From Raillietiella orientalis (taxonomy: Eukaryota), in NCBI GenBank assembly GCA_036172245.1, contig JAYWIR010000041.1, forward strand, positions 1,612,001 to 1,676,000: a DNA stretch of 64,000 nt. Direction: 5' to 3'. Shown here piece by piece: positions 36,762 through 50,159 of this stretch. The translations under genes were made by a program, and so were the position numbers. How positions within the stretch are numbered: position 1 is the first letter of the stretch; every line of letters starts with the position of its first letter. The notes below the pieces were generated by a model that saw only the letters and a list, made by a program, of their open reading frames with translations, had not been told where the DNA came from and made no database searches.

Positions 36762-39700
36762 ATGACTTAATGGATTTCGTACTGTGTGCTGAGAGAATGT
36801 AATCGCGGGGATCCGATTTTCTGGAGGTGCATCCGATGCATGGAAATCCCGATGGAATCAAAGAACTTCAGCAGCGAACCCATGCGTGTGCCAAAAAGGG
36901 CAGCAAGAAACCCTCGGAGACGACTGCACACCTTAGCACGAGTCCTAACAATGCGGTTAACAGCAGTACAAGTTTGTACATGCTCACGTCATTGCATAGT
37001 TGGGAGCCCCCTTGCTTGTTACTTAGCGACGAGGAGTGTACAGTAACATGCACTTTTAGCCACTACTTGAAGGTGCATAGTAACGTAATGCGAAAAGTTT
37101 TGCGTGTGTTTTTGCGGCCATTTGAATATTTTGTTCGCGTTTCTTCATTTTCTTGTCCTTCCGTTGTCCTAATGAATTGGATTGCTTCTTGGGAGTTCAA
37201 TCGTATGTGTATATGGATACATACGTATATGTCTGCGTGTGTGAGAGAGAGTGTATCTAACATGCTGATGCTTATCAGTGTGTGTATTTCGAATCATGTG
37301 ATTTAAATTTAATTTGCGTTTTCATGAAACGCATTTTGTAATTTTGTGTCGCATTCGTATGTACAGTTTCAGCTAATTTATGCAGTAAAGAGATCGTACA
37401 ATGGATGGTGTTGTCACAAGGAAGGATTGCAAGCTGTCTGGTAGTTCTTTCTTGTTTTTTTGTGGTGTCGTGCCTGTAAATTTGTATATTTGGCCCTTCA
37501 GTTTTGTTTAATTGAATTAAAAAAGAATGACTCGCATCACCATAGATTCACAATCAAAAGAAGTTTGCATGGCTTGTAGTTTTTTTGGGGTAGGTGGGGG
37601 TGTATACTATTAATGCCCTGTTAGTTTGTCTTTTGGCTGCCATTGATCTGCTAACACGATAAGCAACATCTTACAGAAGCTCACAGAAGGCATAAAATGT
37701 TCTGCACAAAACATCCTCATAAAGGGAACAAAAGCATAAAAGAATATTTGGGATTCAGCTGTGAATAACCAAGTTAACAACATCTGACTGATAGTAGATA
37801 CGGTTTTGCATTTGATGTGTAGCAGATCCTGCAAAAATTCAGCACAGCAACAACAACACGTTTAAATCGTTTTGCAAGTGCATATTTCCAAGTACCTAAT
37901 GGTGTTGCAAAGTTGTTTTTTTCCGAAACCCAGCAAGATTTCAAATAACGAGCAGCAATCCATCTGTATCAGCTTCACAAAACAAACAGGTACGCACACC
38001 GTTGTGTGTAGTACTAGAAATGGAAAAGCAGCTGTAATAAGAAAATCTCCTCCCCCGGTTATCCCTCTCTTGAATTATGCGCGTTTCATCCCACTTTTCA
38101 TTACAGTTCTAAAATGCATAACGGGGTATGCAATAAACATGCGTTGTTAGCCACTTTAGGAGGCTGTCGTCAGGGCGCTTTCCTTGCAAATGGCATTTGC
38201 AGTCAATTCGTTCCCACAAAATTCGTTTTGCATACAAGAAGTCACAACTGTCACAACGTTCCGATTGTACAGCCGTAAGATGTGGAGACGGACCCGATCT
38301 TGATTTCTCGTTTAGACTCGAATGGAAATTTAGCTGAAGCTTTGGCCATCGCTATTTTCCATAGATCAATTTTGTGAGCACAAGCAGATGCACTTCACGA
38401 TTGAGTGTGCTAGCAGTACCTTTCAATTTCGAAAAAAGTTCACATGTTTATTGAATGGATGGAATGAATCCACAAAACCCCAGCGAATGCGTAAATAATA
38501 AAATACTTCATGAAACTGAATTCCAGGACCTGGAAAAATCATGCATCAGGAGAAAAGATGCGCCTTTCATCTTGTGTTGATGTTTGCTTGATCAATAAGT
38601 TCCCTATTTCTGTATACCCAAATTGCAGTTATCGCTAGTCAAGTGATATATAATGGCTGAACAGATGATTTCTTCGGTTCATGGTTCCTATTCAGAATTT
38701 TCAGTGCGTGGAAGCATCGGTGCAGAGAGTGAGTTCCTTTTATTCCTTTTTTGTAATTCCATTTACTAAGTTGAAGATGCCACTGCCACTGCGTCGACTG
38801 CAGTTTCGCTTAAGTTCGTTTTGGAGATCAACTTTTTCCTCGTATTTACGAATCACTGAATATGTTTCACCATCAGTCAATGGGGGATAACGCTTCGCTG
38901 CATTTACCCGTGACTAATAGAACAATCTACTTAAGGCATTTTTTGTATGTAGGAAAGCCACAGACGGTACTAGTTAGCTGCTTCCGGTTGCAGTTTGGTA
39001 GAGCTCGATGCCATCTCAGAAAAATAAAATGTATTCGGAAAAGTTGCCTTTGTTTCTCCGCTGCTTCCACTGCCTTTGTGTCTCCGCCAAACTGGTTTCA
39101 TCTTTTTAGATTTTTTTTTTGGCATTATTGGAAACAAGGGTATTTTAAAGCACAAACAGCAAAGATAAGAAATAAGAAGCCCTCTTACCGCAGGAACAGC
39201 TGCTCAGTCAAGAAGTTTCAGGCTCCTCAAATTGATGAAGAAAGGAGAGAAGCGCGCAGAATGAATCGATGATGATAAATTTTCGAGCTTTCAAAAAATA
39301 CCAATACTTTGGCTTATTGAGGGGGAGATACCGTTATGTGGTTGCCAATAAAGTGTCTCCAGAATTTCGTATCCTCAGAACCCACTGTGTAATCTTCATC
39401 TGGCACTTCTTCACGTGTTAATATCCGTGACGTTTCAAATTTCAGACAGTAGGCTTGCTGCTCTCAAATTCTTAAGGACTTCATGTAGCTTGTTCTGTCT
39501 TCTAAAAACGAACCATTGCTCTCCTAGCCGACGGTTTCTTGTTTTTAAGTTTACCTTCTCGAAACGGAATCTGCTTTAAAGCTGGACCCTGTTGTGTAGA
39601 TGTATCCGTTTCCCTTGCCAAGTAACTGGACTGTATGGCCAATGAAATAATCTTTTAATACCATGAACGCAGGTTTTAATACATTTTTATCATCTTTCCC

Positions 39701-42459
39701 AAGAAAAGTGTGGTCTAAGTGATCGATAAATCCACGAAAAGATAAAGCATGTTATGTCTTAATATGATCTACATTTCTCATATTGCCAACGTGGGCGTTA
39801 ATACCATGCTATTTCCTCCCTGTATGGCAAAAACAAAAATTCATAAGAAGGAAACAAAAAAAGCATCATTCTTCTCATTCTTTTATGCCCCTAGCGTCGC
39901 AAAAAAACTGAAGGGTAAAAATGCATCTTCCTTCCGTTCTTCTTACTATTATTTGCAACGATAACTCTTCTGTTGCTGTTTTAAGGACGTTTGGAAATGC
40001 AATATGGAAGTTCTTTCATAGTGCAAACTTCATTCGGGAATAGGCCGGAAGAAGAGGAAAAATGACAACGGTGATTATGGAGTTTTTGAAAATGTAAGAA
40101 ATTCGGAAAACAAAGGTTTACCAAAATCATCAGGAAAAAAACATCTGAAAATCCAGAGAAGTCTGTATCATCTGATACATTGAGAGCTTTGCAAAGAGAA
40201 AAGATAGGATCTTAAACTGGCGTGAGAAATCCTGTCTTGCAGTTCAAGATTTACATGAGACCTTTATATCGGCAGTTTTGCTGGAGATGTGTAACGTGCA
40301 CCTTGAGACTGTTGAAGAGAACTCGAACTATACGTTCTTAAAATATTCTGTTGAAACCATCTCTCATATCATCCAATATTAAGCCTTTTCCGGTCTGAAA
40401 AGAATCAGGTTATTGAATTTAGCTTTGAGGAGAACGAATTATTCCGATTCGGGAAATCAGAGAGAAATCCCCATCCATTTTTGAACCATGAAGTACTGCT
40501 ACCAATCAGCACAGAATTTAGTCCCAATCGAAAAGGGAGGAATATTTATGAAGAACACTAACGCTCCTTGAAAAATGCCTATTAATTCTGAACGTTCTCT
40601 ATACTGCTAGGAAATATGCTGAATAGATGAAGAGAAGAAAATTGGAAACTGAATCTCCTGATACAAAGCACATTATTGATTTTTGAATAACTATAGGAAC
40701 TACAACAGTGATGGCAATGCTTGTCTTGTCTACGACCCTGATAAAGATACAGCGTCTAGATTTTTCTGTTGAAGATAGATTGTGGAATTTATGGACAAAG
40801 ACTCCCGAAATGGACACAGAATGTGTGGATAACTTGATTCATGACACATGACCAAAAAATTCCAATAATGGAAAGGGAGTAGAGACAAACATGAGTGGCC
40901 TCAATTCACATTGACCATCAGTTTGGAAATGCAGGAAAACGTTTCATATCAGTTTTATTTCCTTTTGCAATATTACATGTTATTAGCAGACACAAAAGTG
41001 ACACAATATATATATATATATATTATTCCAGTTCGAGGAACTTGGATAATAAGCGAGATTGCGAAGCTCTATCAGACATGTAAACATTAGTACTGAAGCA
41101 GTGCAGATTTCTCATTATGAAGTATGCGAATAATACTGAATATGTTAATAATCTTGAAATGAGCTCCGATGGATTCCAGGTTTCCCTTGAAAATTGCGAA
41201 CATAACATCGACCTCACAACACAAATGGTAAAACGAGGCCTGAAATCGTCAAAACTATCATTTTCTCTGGAATCAGAATCAGCCGCAATTTGTCCGGGGG
41301 TAAGATTTGGTACTGTTGCATCCACACAAGCATCATTATGAAATTCCGAGTGTAATTAAGCATGTTTTCTGAAGAAACATTGCTTTCATCATAGGAAACT
41401 GGATTTTCCAAAAGACCAACGAGTCCCAACGAAGTTTCTTTTTAATAAAAAGGTGTCTAATAATAATGTCTATCCCAGTCTGTTATGATCTGATAGTCAG
41501 AAGCATGATGAGTTCATTTTGCAGCTCCTCAGAATTTCCATTTAAAGTTGTACCATGAAAACACCACGACAGAACCCCGTAGAAGAATGCTACATCACGC
41601 ACTGATATTACCTTCTGTATTTGTGTACGTGTATGGCTTCACTTGCCTATTCTAGGCACCACATTATATATTAATGGTCACAATTTTCATCAGGATCAAA
41701 AATACCGTTTATTCTTGCCCATTACTCTTTTGTCCTACATGTAAGGCATGCAAGGCTTTGGTACCATCCGGAGCATATCTGGCATTGCCTCCGGGATTGA
41801 CGGTTACCGCTTTGAAGAGATGCAGCCTGGAAAAGACAGCCAGAGTGCTCCGAGAAGGTAAGAAAGCTTTCTTTTTAAACAACGTCAACTGCCTTTATTG
41901 CCAATGATTTTATGAATCATCAATAGGGCGCCACAGTATAGAGCTTTTCATTGCTTAAGATATATCTGTACAGAGATTCGTTTTCTAGTGCCACCTGTTA
42001 ACTGCTTTCCTCTTTGTTCTTGCTTAAATACCAGTTTTGCGATTTTCGCGGTTTTTTAAGAGAGCATTTTGCATAGTACTGTACAGAACTTTTTTTCCAG
42101 CTGTGATCTTTTCCAATGAAGGCATTTCCGAAATCTTCCCAAAATAGTGCCTCCCCTCTTATTAAATGAATTGCAGAATTTAGATTATCTCTGAAGGAGG
42201 TCAGTAACATCAGATTTACAGATGGACTGTGAGCAAAGTATGAATCTGAAACTGTTTTGCTTGTTTAGTGGAGATTCGTTCAATTTCTGACTGCAAAATT
42301 TAAAAATTTCCTCACAGCCTTCCCTGTGTTATCTTTATGTTTTCTTTTTATTTCATTAAGATGATGATTTTGTATTTTTCCCCCTAACGACAAATATGTC
42401 CATTCTTAAAAATTCGTTTTACATATTTCATCAACATCTTTCGATTATTTTATTATTCG

Positions 42460-42502
42460 ACATTTTATCCCGTTCATCAAGAAGACGAACGGGATAAAAT
42501 GT
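42460..42502. repeat. Perfect 16-bp inverted repeat with an 11-nt loop
   Basis: acattttatcccgttc (42460-42475) and gaacgggataaaatgt (42487-42502). Confidence 0.9.
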
Positions 42503-45262
42503 GGTCTGTTTTCGCTTTCAACTGGGAGATTCTTTCCGTACTCTTTTCGGAGAGTCCTATCTCTGTCTTGCATACTTTGAAGTTCCCTTGACTTGTGCTA
42601 TGGGGGTTCGGGTCCTCTTGAAGCGTCCAACTACTCAGCAGTAGATTTTCGAATAGTAGAATAGAGAATTCTTAACTGTTTGAATTTCTAGTGTTATTGT
42701 GTGCGCATTTTTTCGTAAGGAGGAATCCTAGTTCCTTATATATGTCTTTAGAATTCGCATGAGAACAATGTACAATCGGCTCAGACTTTCTGCTATTCTG
42801 GGTGATTGCTTAGGGAAATAGCAAGGAAAAGTTGTCTGAGGAATGGACTATTCGTTCAATATCACTGCATGCAGGGATGTACAGAAAATGTAGGAGCAAA
42901 GTTTTTTGTTATGCTGAATTAAACAGTGTTCTCTGTTCGTCCTTAAGCGATGTGTGAATCAACGGAAGTTCACAACAGTTTGTGATTTGATTTTGAAGGA
43001 ATCTTGATTTTGACGACGTTTTCGTTTGTTGCAACTGTTGCAGTCTGGGTCGGCATGGCTTGGTTCTACTGCGTGTCCTCATGAATCCGGAAATACTGGC
43101 AATGTTCTCCAAAGAGAAGAGATAGAAGAATCATTGCCTTGAAGTTAGCATGGCTAAATTTGTGGATGAGGCGCAGGAATGCTCAGATTTTCCATACTCT
43201 AAATTTTTGGTCTTCATCCGATCAAATGCGAGATGTTTTCGATGTAAGGGTTTCTCTCAAAGTCTTCATCCAAATGTTTTCCCTCCTATCGGTCATTAAC
43301 GAAGGTACTTTTACTTGGATCACTTTCTACCCGAACGAAGGCCACTTTTTCAGCTTGAAATTCCGCTCTGTGGAATTAAAGAACAAATCATTTGAACAAA
43401 TCATCAAATTCATTACTGCAACTTAGAGCGCGCTGTTTTCTACTTTGCTTTAGAATCGAGTATTTTAGAATTGATTACTACCATGATTTACCTTGCGATT
43501 CTGTTATTTTTCTCAGTTCATCCTCTCTTTGTAGCTTACTGTGGGATTTCATGGAAACTGCACCTTCCATAGTTCTTCTTTTTCTTTTCTTCGCTCCTCT
43601 GTGAACTACACTATCTTTAAGTAATCCTTTTGGCACTCAATATCAAGTAGCACACCGTCCCTTTCCCGATGTACTCCGCCTGCTTCTTGGGAATCTTCGG
43701 TTACCTGAACACTCCACCGCTTGCCGGGTCTGCCGGAATGCCAGACGTCCTACGACGATTGCCATTAGGGTGGCGGACACTCCTTTGGGGCAGAGGTCGA
43801 TGCTTCTCCTGTCTCGCTTCTTCCAACGCTGCTGATGGTCGTAGCGGAAGAGAGTCCGGTCGAAGACCGCCAGCTCTCGATGTTCCAGGGTAGTTCCGTT
43901 GATTCGGGTCGCCAGCTCGTCATGCCCGTCCGTAATCCTCGTCCGATTGCTGACGCATCTGTTGAGGAACATACGATCTTCCGCACTTCCTGCAGAGACG
44001 ACCGACGCCGGCCTTGGTGAAGGATGCGTGCTCTGGCAGAAGGTCAGCGTGCCCGTCTTTGCAGCTCGGAGAGCTCAAGGTGCTCCCCGTTGAGTAGCGA
44101 ACGTCCTGAAATGCGATGGCTCCGAAGGCTGGACATGGCAAAAAGGGGTGTCCACGCTGCCTGGAGTCGTCCGGTCGTGCGTTCGGCATGAGGGGATTTT
44201 TCTTTTCAGTGCACGTCCAATGTGAGTCCTCAGTGTGTGATCTTGAATACTTCTTCTCTCCTGTCTCTCAACATCTTCTTTATATTCACTCCTCCCGTCG
44301 CGTGAAAAGCACCAACCAGGTGCTTTTGACGTAACGTGCTACCATCTCTGTTTCGAGAGGTGGAACGTTCTTCTCAACCATTTTCATACAGCTGCAACGA
44401 GAGCGATCACTGATCGGTGGACATCTCTGCGTGACAACTAGACGCTGTGCTCCATCCGGCTGAATCTCCTGAAATGCGACCGTGAGGTTGAGTGTTTCTG
44501 ATTAATTGTGTATGGTATATAAAGGAGTTACTCGTGTGCATTTTTGAATTATTTGACACGGAGTATGTTTCCTGCGTAATCTTAGCTCCCACAGTGTTTT
44601 TAGTATTCAAAAAGAGTTTAGGATTACTCAAGAACACGATCTAGCTACGGTCTGTGTTTTCCAGCCTGTGAGGTAAAGGTAAAGGTCTCTTGGATACAAC
44701 TTCATTCGTCTTGTCGAGCGTATTCTGATCAAGAAAAGAGTAGGCAGAGCTTAGAAGTCAGCCAGTGAAACTCATCGCTGGTCGAAACTAAACTTCCTGT
44801 GTAGAAACATGCTCATCAATATTTCCGTACACGATGTCACATGTAACATTATTACATAATGATGTCTAAAGATGGGCCATGTAGCTTTCGACTCGGACTT
44901 TTCATTTCTCCAGGGTTTAAAGGTTCACCTTCTCTCCTCTTTGACCGTGTAGGATCGTGGACTGACCACAATTCTTATCTGACAGCATGTGGTTGAAAAT
45001 GGAGGAATCTTTACGAAACTTATTTATCCTATTTGCGAGAGGAGGATGACTTAATTCTGTACTAGCAGTGACCGGGAGCAGATTTGATTGCACTGCCATG
45101 TCCATTTTGTCGTATCCGTGTTCTCGAGATTTTGTGACCAGTAGCAAAAAAAGTAAGAAAAAAATTCTACACGTAGTGGAGAATCGCAGGAAATAGAGAA
45201 TACCTGGCATCACTGTCCTATCAAAGAGAGAGTCGATTCAGCCGCATTGGAATTTGATCCGA

Positions 45263-45458
45263 CTTGAAATACGGAACAGCCGTCTCTCGGGGAGTAGGTC
45301 GTGAGGGATCAATTAAATCAACAGGTTCTGCAAGTGCTGTTTGAGTGGACAATTGCTTAACATGGAATTATGTCCACTCAAACAGCAGTGCAGGACCTGT
45401 TGATTTAATTCATCGTCGACGACGGAACTCCTCAAGAACGGCTGTTCCACATTTCAAG
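45263..45458. repeat. 196-bp imperfect foldback (MITE-like element or hairpin-RNA/pre-miRNA candidate)
   Basis: Inner arms 45311-45351 and 45371-45410 are near-perfect reverse complements around a 19-nt loop. Outer arms cttgaaat..ggaacagccgt and acggctgttcc..atttcaag also pair. Confidence 0.85.
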
Positions 45459-46149
45459 ACAGATTTGCACGTTAAGTGTGATCCAGGAAGTACACTATTG
45501 GCGGGCTGGATGTGAACCTTCTCATATGCTTTCTGACAGGCTCCTTGAAACTCGTCTTATTTCTTGACGAAAATTTCAATGGAGTTTTTCAACGAAGTAT
45601 CTGCTAAGGGTTTTTGTATGCGTACAAATCGCGAATTTTTTCCTAATGCACAATGATTTTTCGAATTGGGTCCAGAGACACACATAAAAAAGAATGTATG
45701 TTTATTACGGCTCGTTTTGACAGAGAAAGACTCCTGTAGAGCCACGCTGTTACGTGTGATCAAGATTTAAGCGTGTCCAATGTCCAAATCTTGATTTGTT
45801 GTTCGTCAGCTGATTCACACTGAACCCAAGAGGACAGAATGCGATCAACGATCCGCAACTCTGCGAATTTCGACAAAGAAGACGAACCGTTGGTGATTCG
45901 TCATGGTTACTGTGGAGCCCGGAAAAGCCGGTTGCTGTGACCTGATCACTTGCAATCTCTGAAAGCATACCGAAGCGAAATGGGTTAATTTTCCCATCTC
46001 GTTAGGTACAAAAGAAAAAGAAAGGAAAGCACTTGCTTATGTTGCTGCACTCCACAGATTTCGTGGTGTGTTCAGTATTCATAAGAGCAAGAAGTACTCA
46101 CAGCTTCCGAGTGGCAGTCCTTTCTTCTTCATGAGGCTGGAAAAAAAAA

Positions 46150-49100
46150 AAATCACTGAAATAAAAATAAGTAGTTTACCTTAAGCAAACGAAAATGGAA
46201 ACCGCGTTGGCAAGGGCCACAAGCTCTCGCGCTTTTCCGTTTTTTGATCAGGACCGCTCTCCACGGAAGCTGGGCAGCTCCCCCTTTCTCGGACATCAGT
46301 TCGAGCGATTGACTCTCGGCTCCTTGGTGGAAAGCTTGAAAGGACACGCTTCGAGGGAAAACATGGCGATTAGAGGCTTCGAGCAAAAAGAAAATAAGGA
46401 CAAGGATTGTTTATTAGCCAAAAGACGTTTATGGGGGGCTCTCTCCTCATAGCCGGCTGCCTTCCTCTCGATGAAGCGAGCACCATGGATGCGGGAGTCT
46501 CCGTCTGTGGGCAAGCGCTGTCAATTCCAGCATACATACGGCACGAGTCCTGTTGCTGACTCCTGTTTTTTGCATCATTTTTCCCGGAGGGAGGGTCCGA
46601 GGTGCTTTCACTCGAAGCTTGATTGCCGCGATTCGAATGCAAACCGATGAGGGGCACCGAGGTGAATGGGATCTTATTGACTCTGTTAACCCTGCTGAAG
46701 CGTCCTGGGGAGATGGAATTCCCTCGGCACGACTTTAGATGTTTTCCGCAGGGCGCCTGGGAGACTCTCCACAAGTTCCAAGAAGAACTTCTCGCCCAAA
46801 ACTGATGGAGCGAAATTTAGTAACTCTGGGCGGCTACCTTTGCTAGTTTAAGGATTCAGGATGACTCAAGGAAATGCGAGGGATGATGGGGTGCTTCTAT
46901 CTCTTCCAGCATCATCGTTGTGGAGCGGTTCGCGAAGAGCATTCAAGAGTAGTCTCTGTTGAAGTGAGGACTTTGCCTCGGGCTTCCTCGCTCGGCATCA
47001 GAAGGACTCTCTCGGGTGGGCCACGCCTTCTTGCTTGATATTCTCTCTGTGGAGCGGGTCTAAAAGTTTGGTGGTCTTTTTCTGGCCACCCGACACCAGG
47101 TATGTGTAGGTGTGCGCTTGGTCGCTTGACGGATATCCTAGCCAGTGCACCTTACCTGGACGGTCGCCGATGGCAGCCTGTTTGGCATGCCTGACAGCAA
47201 GCCAGACCGCATCATGCTTCCTGGAAGAAGTAGATCGGAGCAGCTTTCGGAATCTCGCAGAATCGTCAAGAAAGCTCTAGGAGAGTGGGGAGGATGGATA
47301 TCTCGGCCTCCAAGGTCTTTCGCCTTCCGAAGCTCTCTCCATTAGAGACGTGACGTTGTCAGAGTTCCCACCGTGTGGAATCCTGGAGTTCGAAATTGGA
47401 AGATCGTCGGTGGTCACTTTGGAAGTCAGGGCTGCCTTCCAAAATGACGAAACCACCGCGAAAACGGAATAGAAAAAGAGACATGTCGAGATCTCCCGAT
47501 ACCTGGAGGTCGGCTGCAAATGCACCCATTGCACAGCAAGGTCCATCCAGAAGGCTCGAAGGATTGCATTTGTCCCTCCCCGCCTTCTTGGATGCTCCCG
47601 CGACTCCCGAGTCAACATTTCTGCTGCCAAGGTGCTCATCGCCAAATTTTAACGGTCACCAGATTTGTTGCTACTGATTTCGGTTATTCGAAAAGGCCAC
47701 GCAGATGCTTCTTGAACATCAAGAAGTCCAAAGAGCGCTGCGTTCCTCCCGCGCGTTATGGCAGCGTACTGAGGCGATCGGAAGAGTGGGAATGGCGTCT
47801 TCCGCGCGCGGGTCACGAGGAAGGGGAAGCTGAGAACTGTTTCTGAGATGAACCGGAAGTCGCTTTTACCCAGGGTGGTAAGTGGACCTCCTCGGAGTCT
47901 CTCCACCTCTTCCTATTCCTTGGGAAATCGTCTCGGAAACCCATGGAGTCATCGAAAACCGAAAGACCATCCCTCCTTCCGACGGTTCGACGGAAAAGGG
48001 AGGTCCCTACGACCGCGAGCTTGTTTCCAACGGGATTGGTCCCTCAATCTCCTGATTTACGGAATCAGATCCACGGCGCATTAAACGCGGCGCGGAGTTC
48101 CCTTCCTTTTCTTCCTCTTCAGTAGAAAAACGCATGAAAAACGGGCCCAGATTCTTCCTCCACGTCTTAATCTGCTTCCATTTGAGTATTGGGTCCGGTT
48201 CCATATGCGAGTGCTCGCGATCACCACGGGCATAAAAATTTAATTTTCCTAAGTGCTATTGCTGCTGCAGGAGCGCGGCTCAACAACCGCGCGCTCGAGC
48301 CGTCGCCGGCGGAGCGATCCCGGCTGTCCGCCTCCTTGGAGGAGGCGAGAGACGAGCTCAGGAACGGACAGAAGGAAAAAGAGGGAAAAGGGATAAGACG
48401 AAGATAAAACACGTTTCCTGAGACTTGTTGTTGTTGTTGTTTTTTTTGATAGGGGGGAGGGGGAAGGGGGGAGCTCCGAGCGTCGAATTTACGACGGCGG
48501 CGATGACGGCGCGCCGGGTTCGCTTCCCGTAAAAACTGGGACGGGATTGCGAATAACGGAGCAAATGAAGTTCGAATCGATGGAGATCTTTCCCATTACC
48601 TCACGGGCAGATCGTTTATTCCAACTTCCCGGATCTCCATTATCCCAGGAATAACTCTTCGAATTCCTTGCACCCGATATAGTTTTTTTTCCTTTTTTTG
48701 CCTCCCCAGGACCAGCCGAGGGAGGATTTTAAAGTTTTCCCCCTCCGGAACGCGGCGCTTGGCGTTGCATCGTCTCGTAAAAATCGACGTTCCCCTCTCT
48801 CTCATCCTGCTCACAGGAGCGGCAAGCTTCGTGGGATAGGCGGCTCTCCGGAGGCAAAGGGAGAGGGAAGTTCTCTGCGGCTGTCAGAATACGGGAGGAG
48901 TTCCTGAAGGAGTTCCGGGAACAAAATGGAAAGCACCCCCGATTTTTTCTGGAAGATGGCGGAAGAGGAGGAGGAACGTGAAGAGGGACGAGAAACCAGC
49001 CGGCCCACTTTCTCTAGCAAAACCGTCGTCCCAAGATTAATCGAAAGAGGACATTCCTTCCACCCTCCCTCCTTCTTCCTCTTCCCCATGTTGCAAAACC

Positions 49101-50100
49101 TCTCGATAACTTGCAGGACTGCGAGGGTGGGCGGTGATCCAAAACTCGCTTCAAACTTGCCAGGGTGCGGATCTCCCGGACCGCATCAGGAAGACTCAAA
49201 TGTCCAAGAGGGACGCTCCCGGGAGAACAGCGGCAATCTTTCGTGATTCACTTCGTTGTCCTCTGTCTCTTTCGTCATTTCCGGCGTCCACAGGCGTCTA
49301 CGCAGGGAAGGGGGAGTCGGGTCCTTTTTCCGCCATCAGGGATCCTCCACCCTCTCCCCTACGTAGACGCATGTGGGAGACAACGAGCTTTCCAGACGCT
49401 CGGTTCTTGTTCATGAGGAAGGACTGACCCATTCCACAGTGCGAAGAAAGAAGGAACCGAGTCTCCGGGAACAGTCCGAAGCGTTTTGGGCATCCCTGAT
49501 GCAATCAGAGTGCTTCGAGAGCTTCGATTCTCGATTTCTCCTCTTTCCCATCTCCGAGGGAGGATGTTGCAGGAAACAGGAAACGAGCAGAAGAGGAGTT
49601 GGATGACCTGATCCTCCCCTCTCATGGCAGAACGGGAAAGAACAGGGAAAAATATGCTGCCTCTCCTCGGCGAATCGGCTGAAGGGCAGCCGCTTCCCAT
49701 GAGGCGATCCTTGACGACGGCGTGTCCTTCCAAAAGTCACCAGCATCCTCACCACCGGCGAGCAGCATGCGCCCCTGACGGTGCACCGATCTGATTAGCA
49801 TCTACTGGAGCTCCTTGGCGACCGGGAACCATTCTCACGACTGAGCGGTGTTGTCGGACCTCGAGCTGCTTGCAATGCTGAGCCAGGCGCAAGCAGCCCA
49901 TCCTTGGAGACGTCACCATCAGGGAGCGCCTGCAAGAGCACTGCCGACGAGCATTTAAAAGAATTCGACGCGTCGAATTCCCAGTTGCGACTTCTCGGAC
50001 CTGCGATGATACTTGTTATCCCGTCCCACACGATCCTTCGCCGTCGTCAGATGCTTCCGCTGTCTCTGCAGAGCAAAGGGCTAGCCATCTCATCGAATCT
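46150..50100 (-). mobile_element. Cluster of highly decayed L1/Tx1-like retrotransposon fragments in reverse orientation
   Basis: Minus-strand remnants HPRRRGGTNAILRAFW (about 47560-47600) and PFCHERGGSGHPTPLL (about 49590-49640) resemble P..GGLG. The 47.15 kb segment resembles 16.7 kb inverted. Boundaries are approximate. Confidence 0.4.
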
Positions 50101-50159
50101 CATCAGGCACGGATCCAATTGGGTGTGTCGTCACTCTCGGCTCGTTAATGGACACGTAT

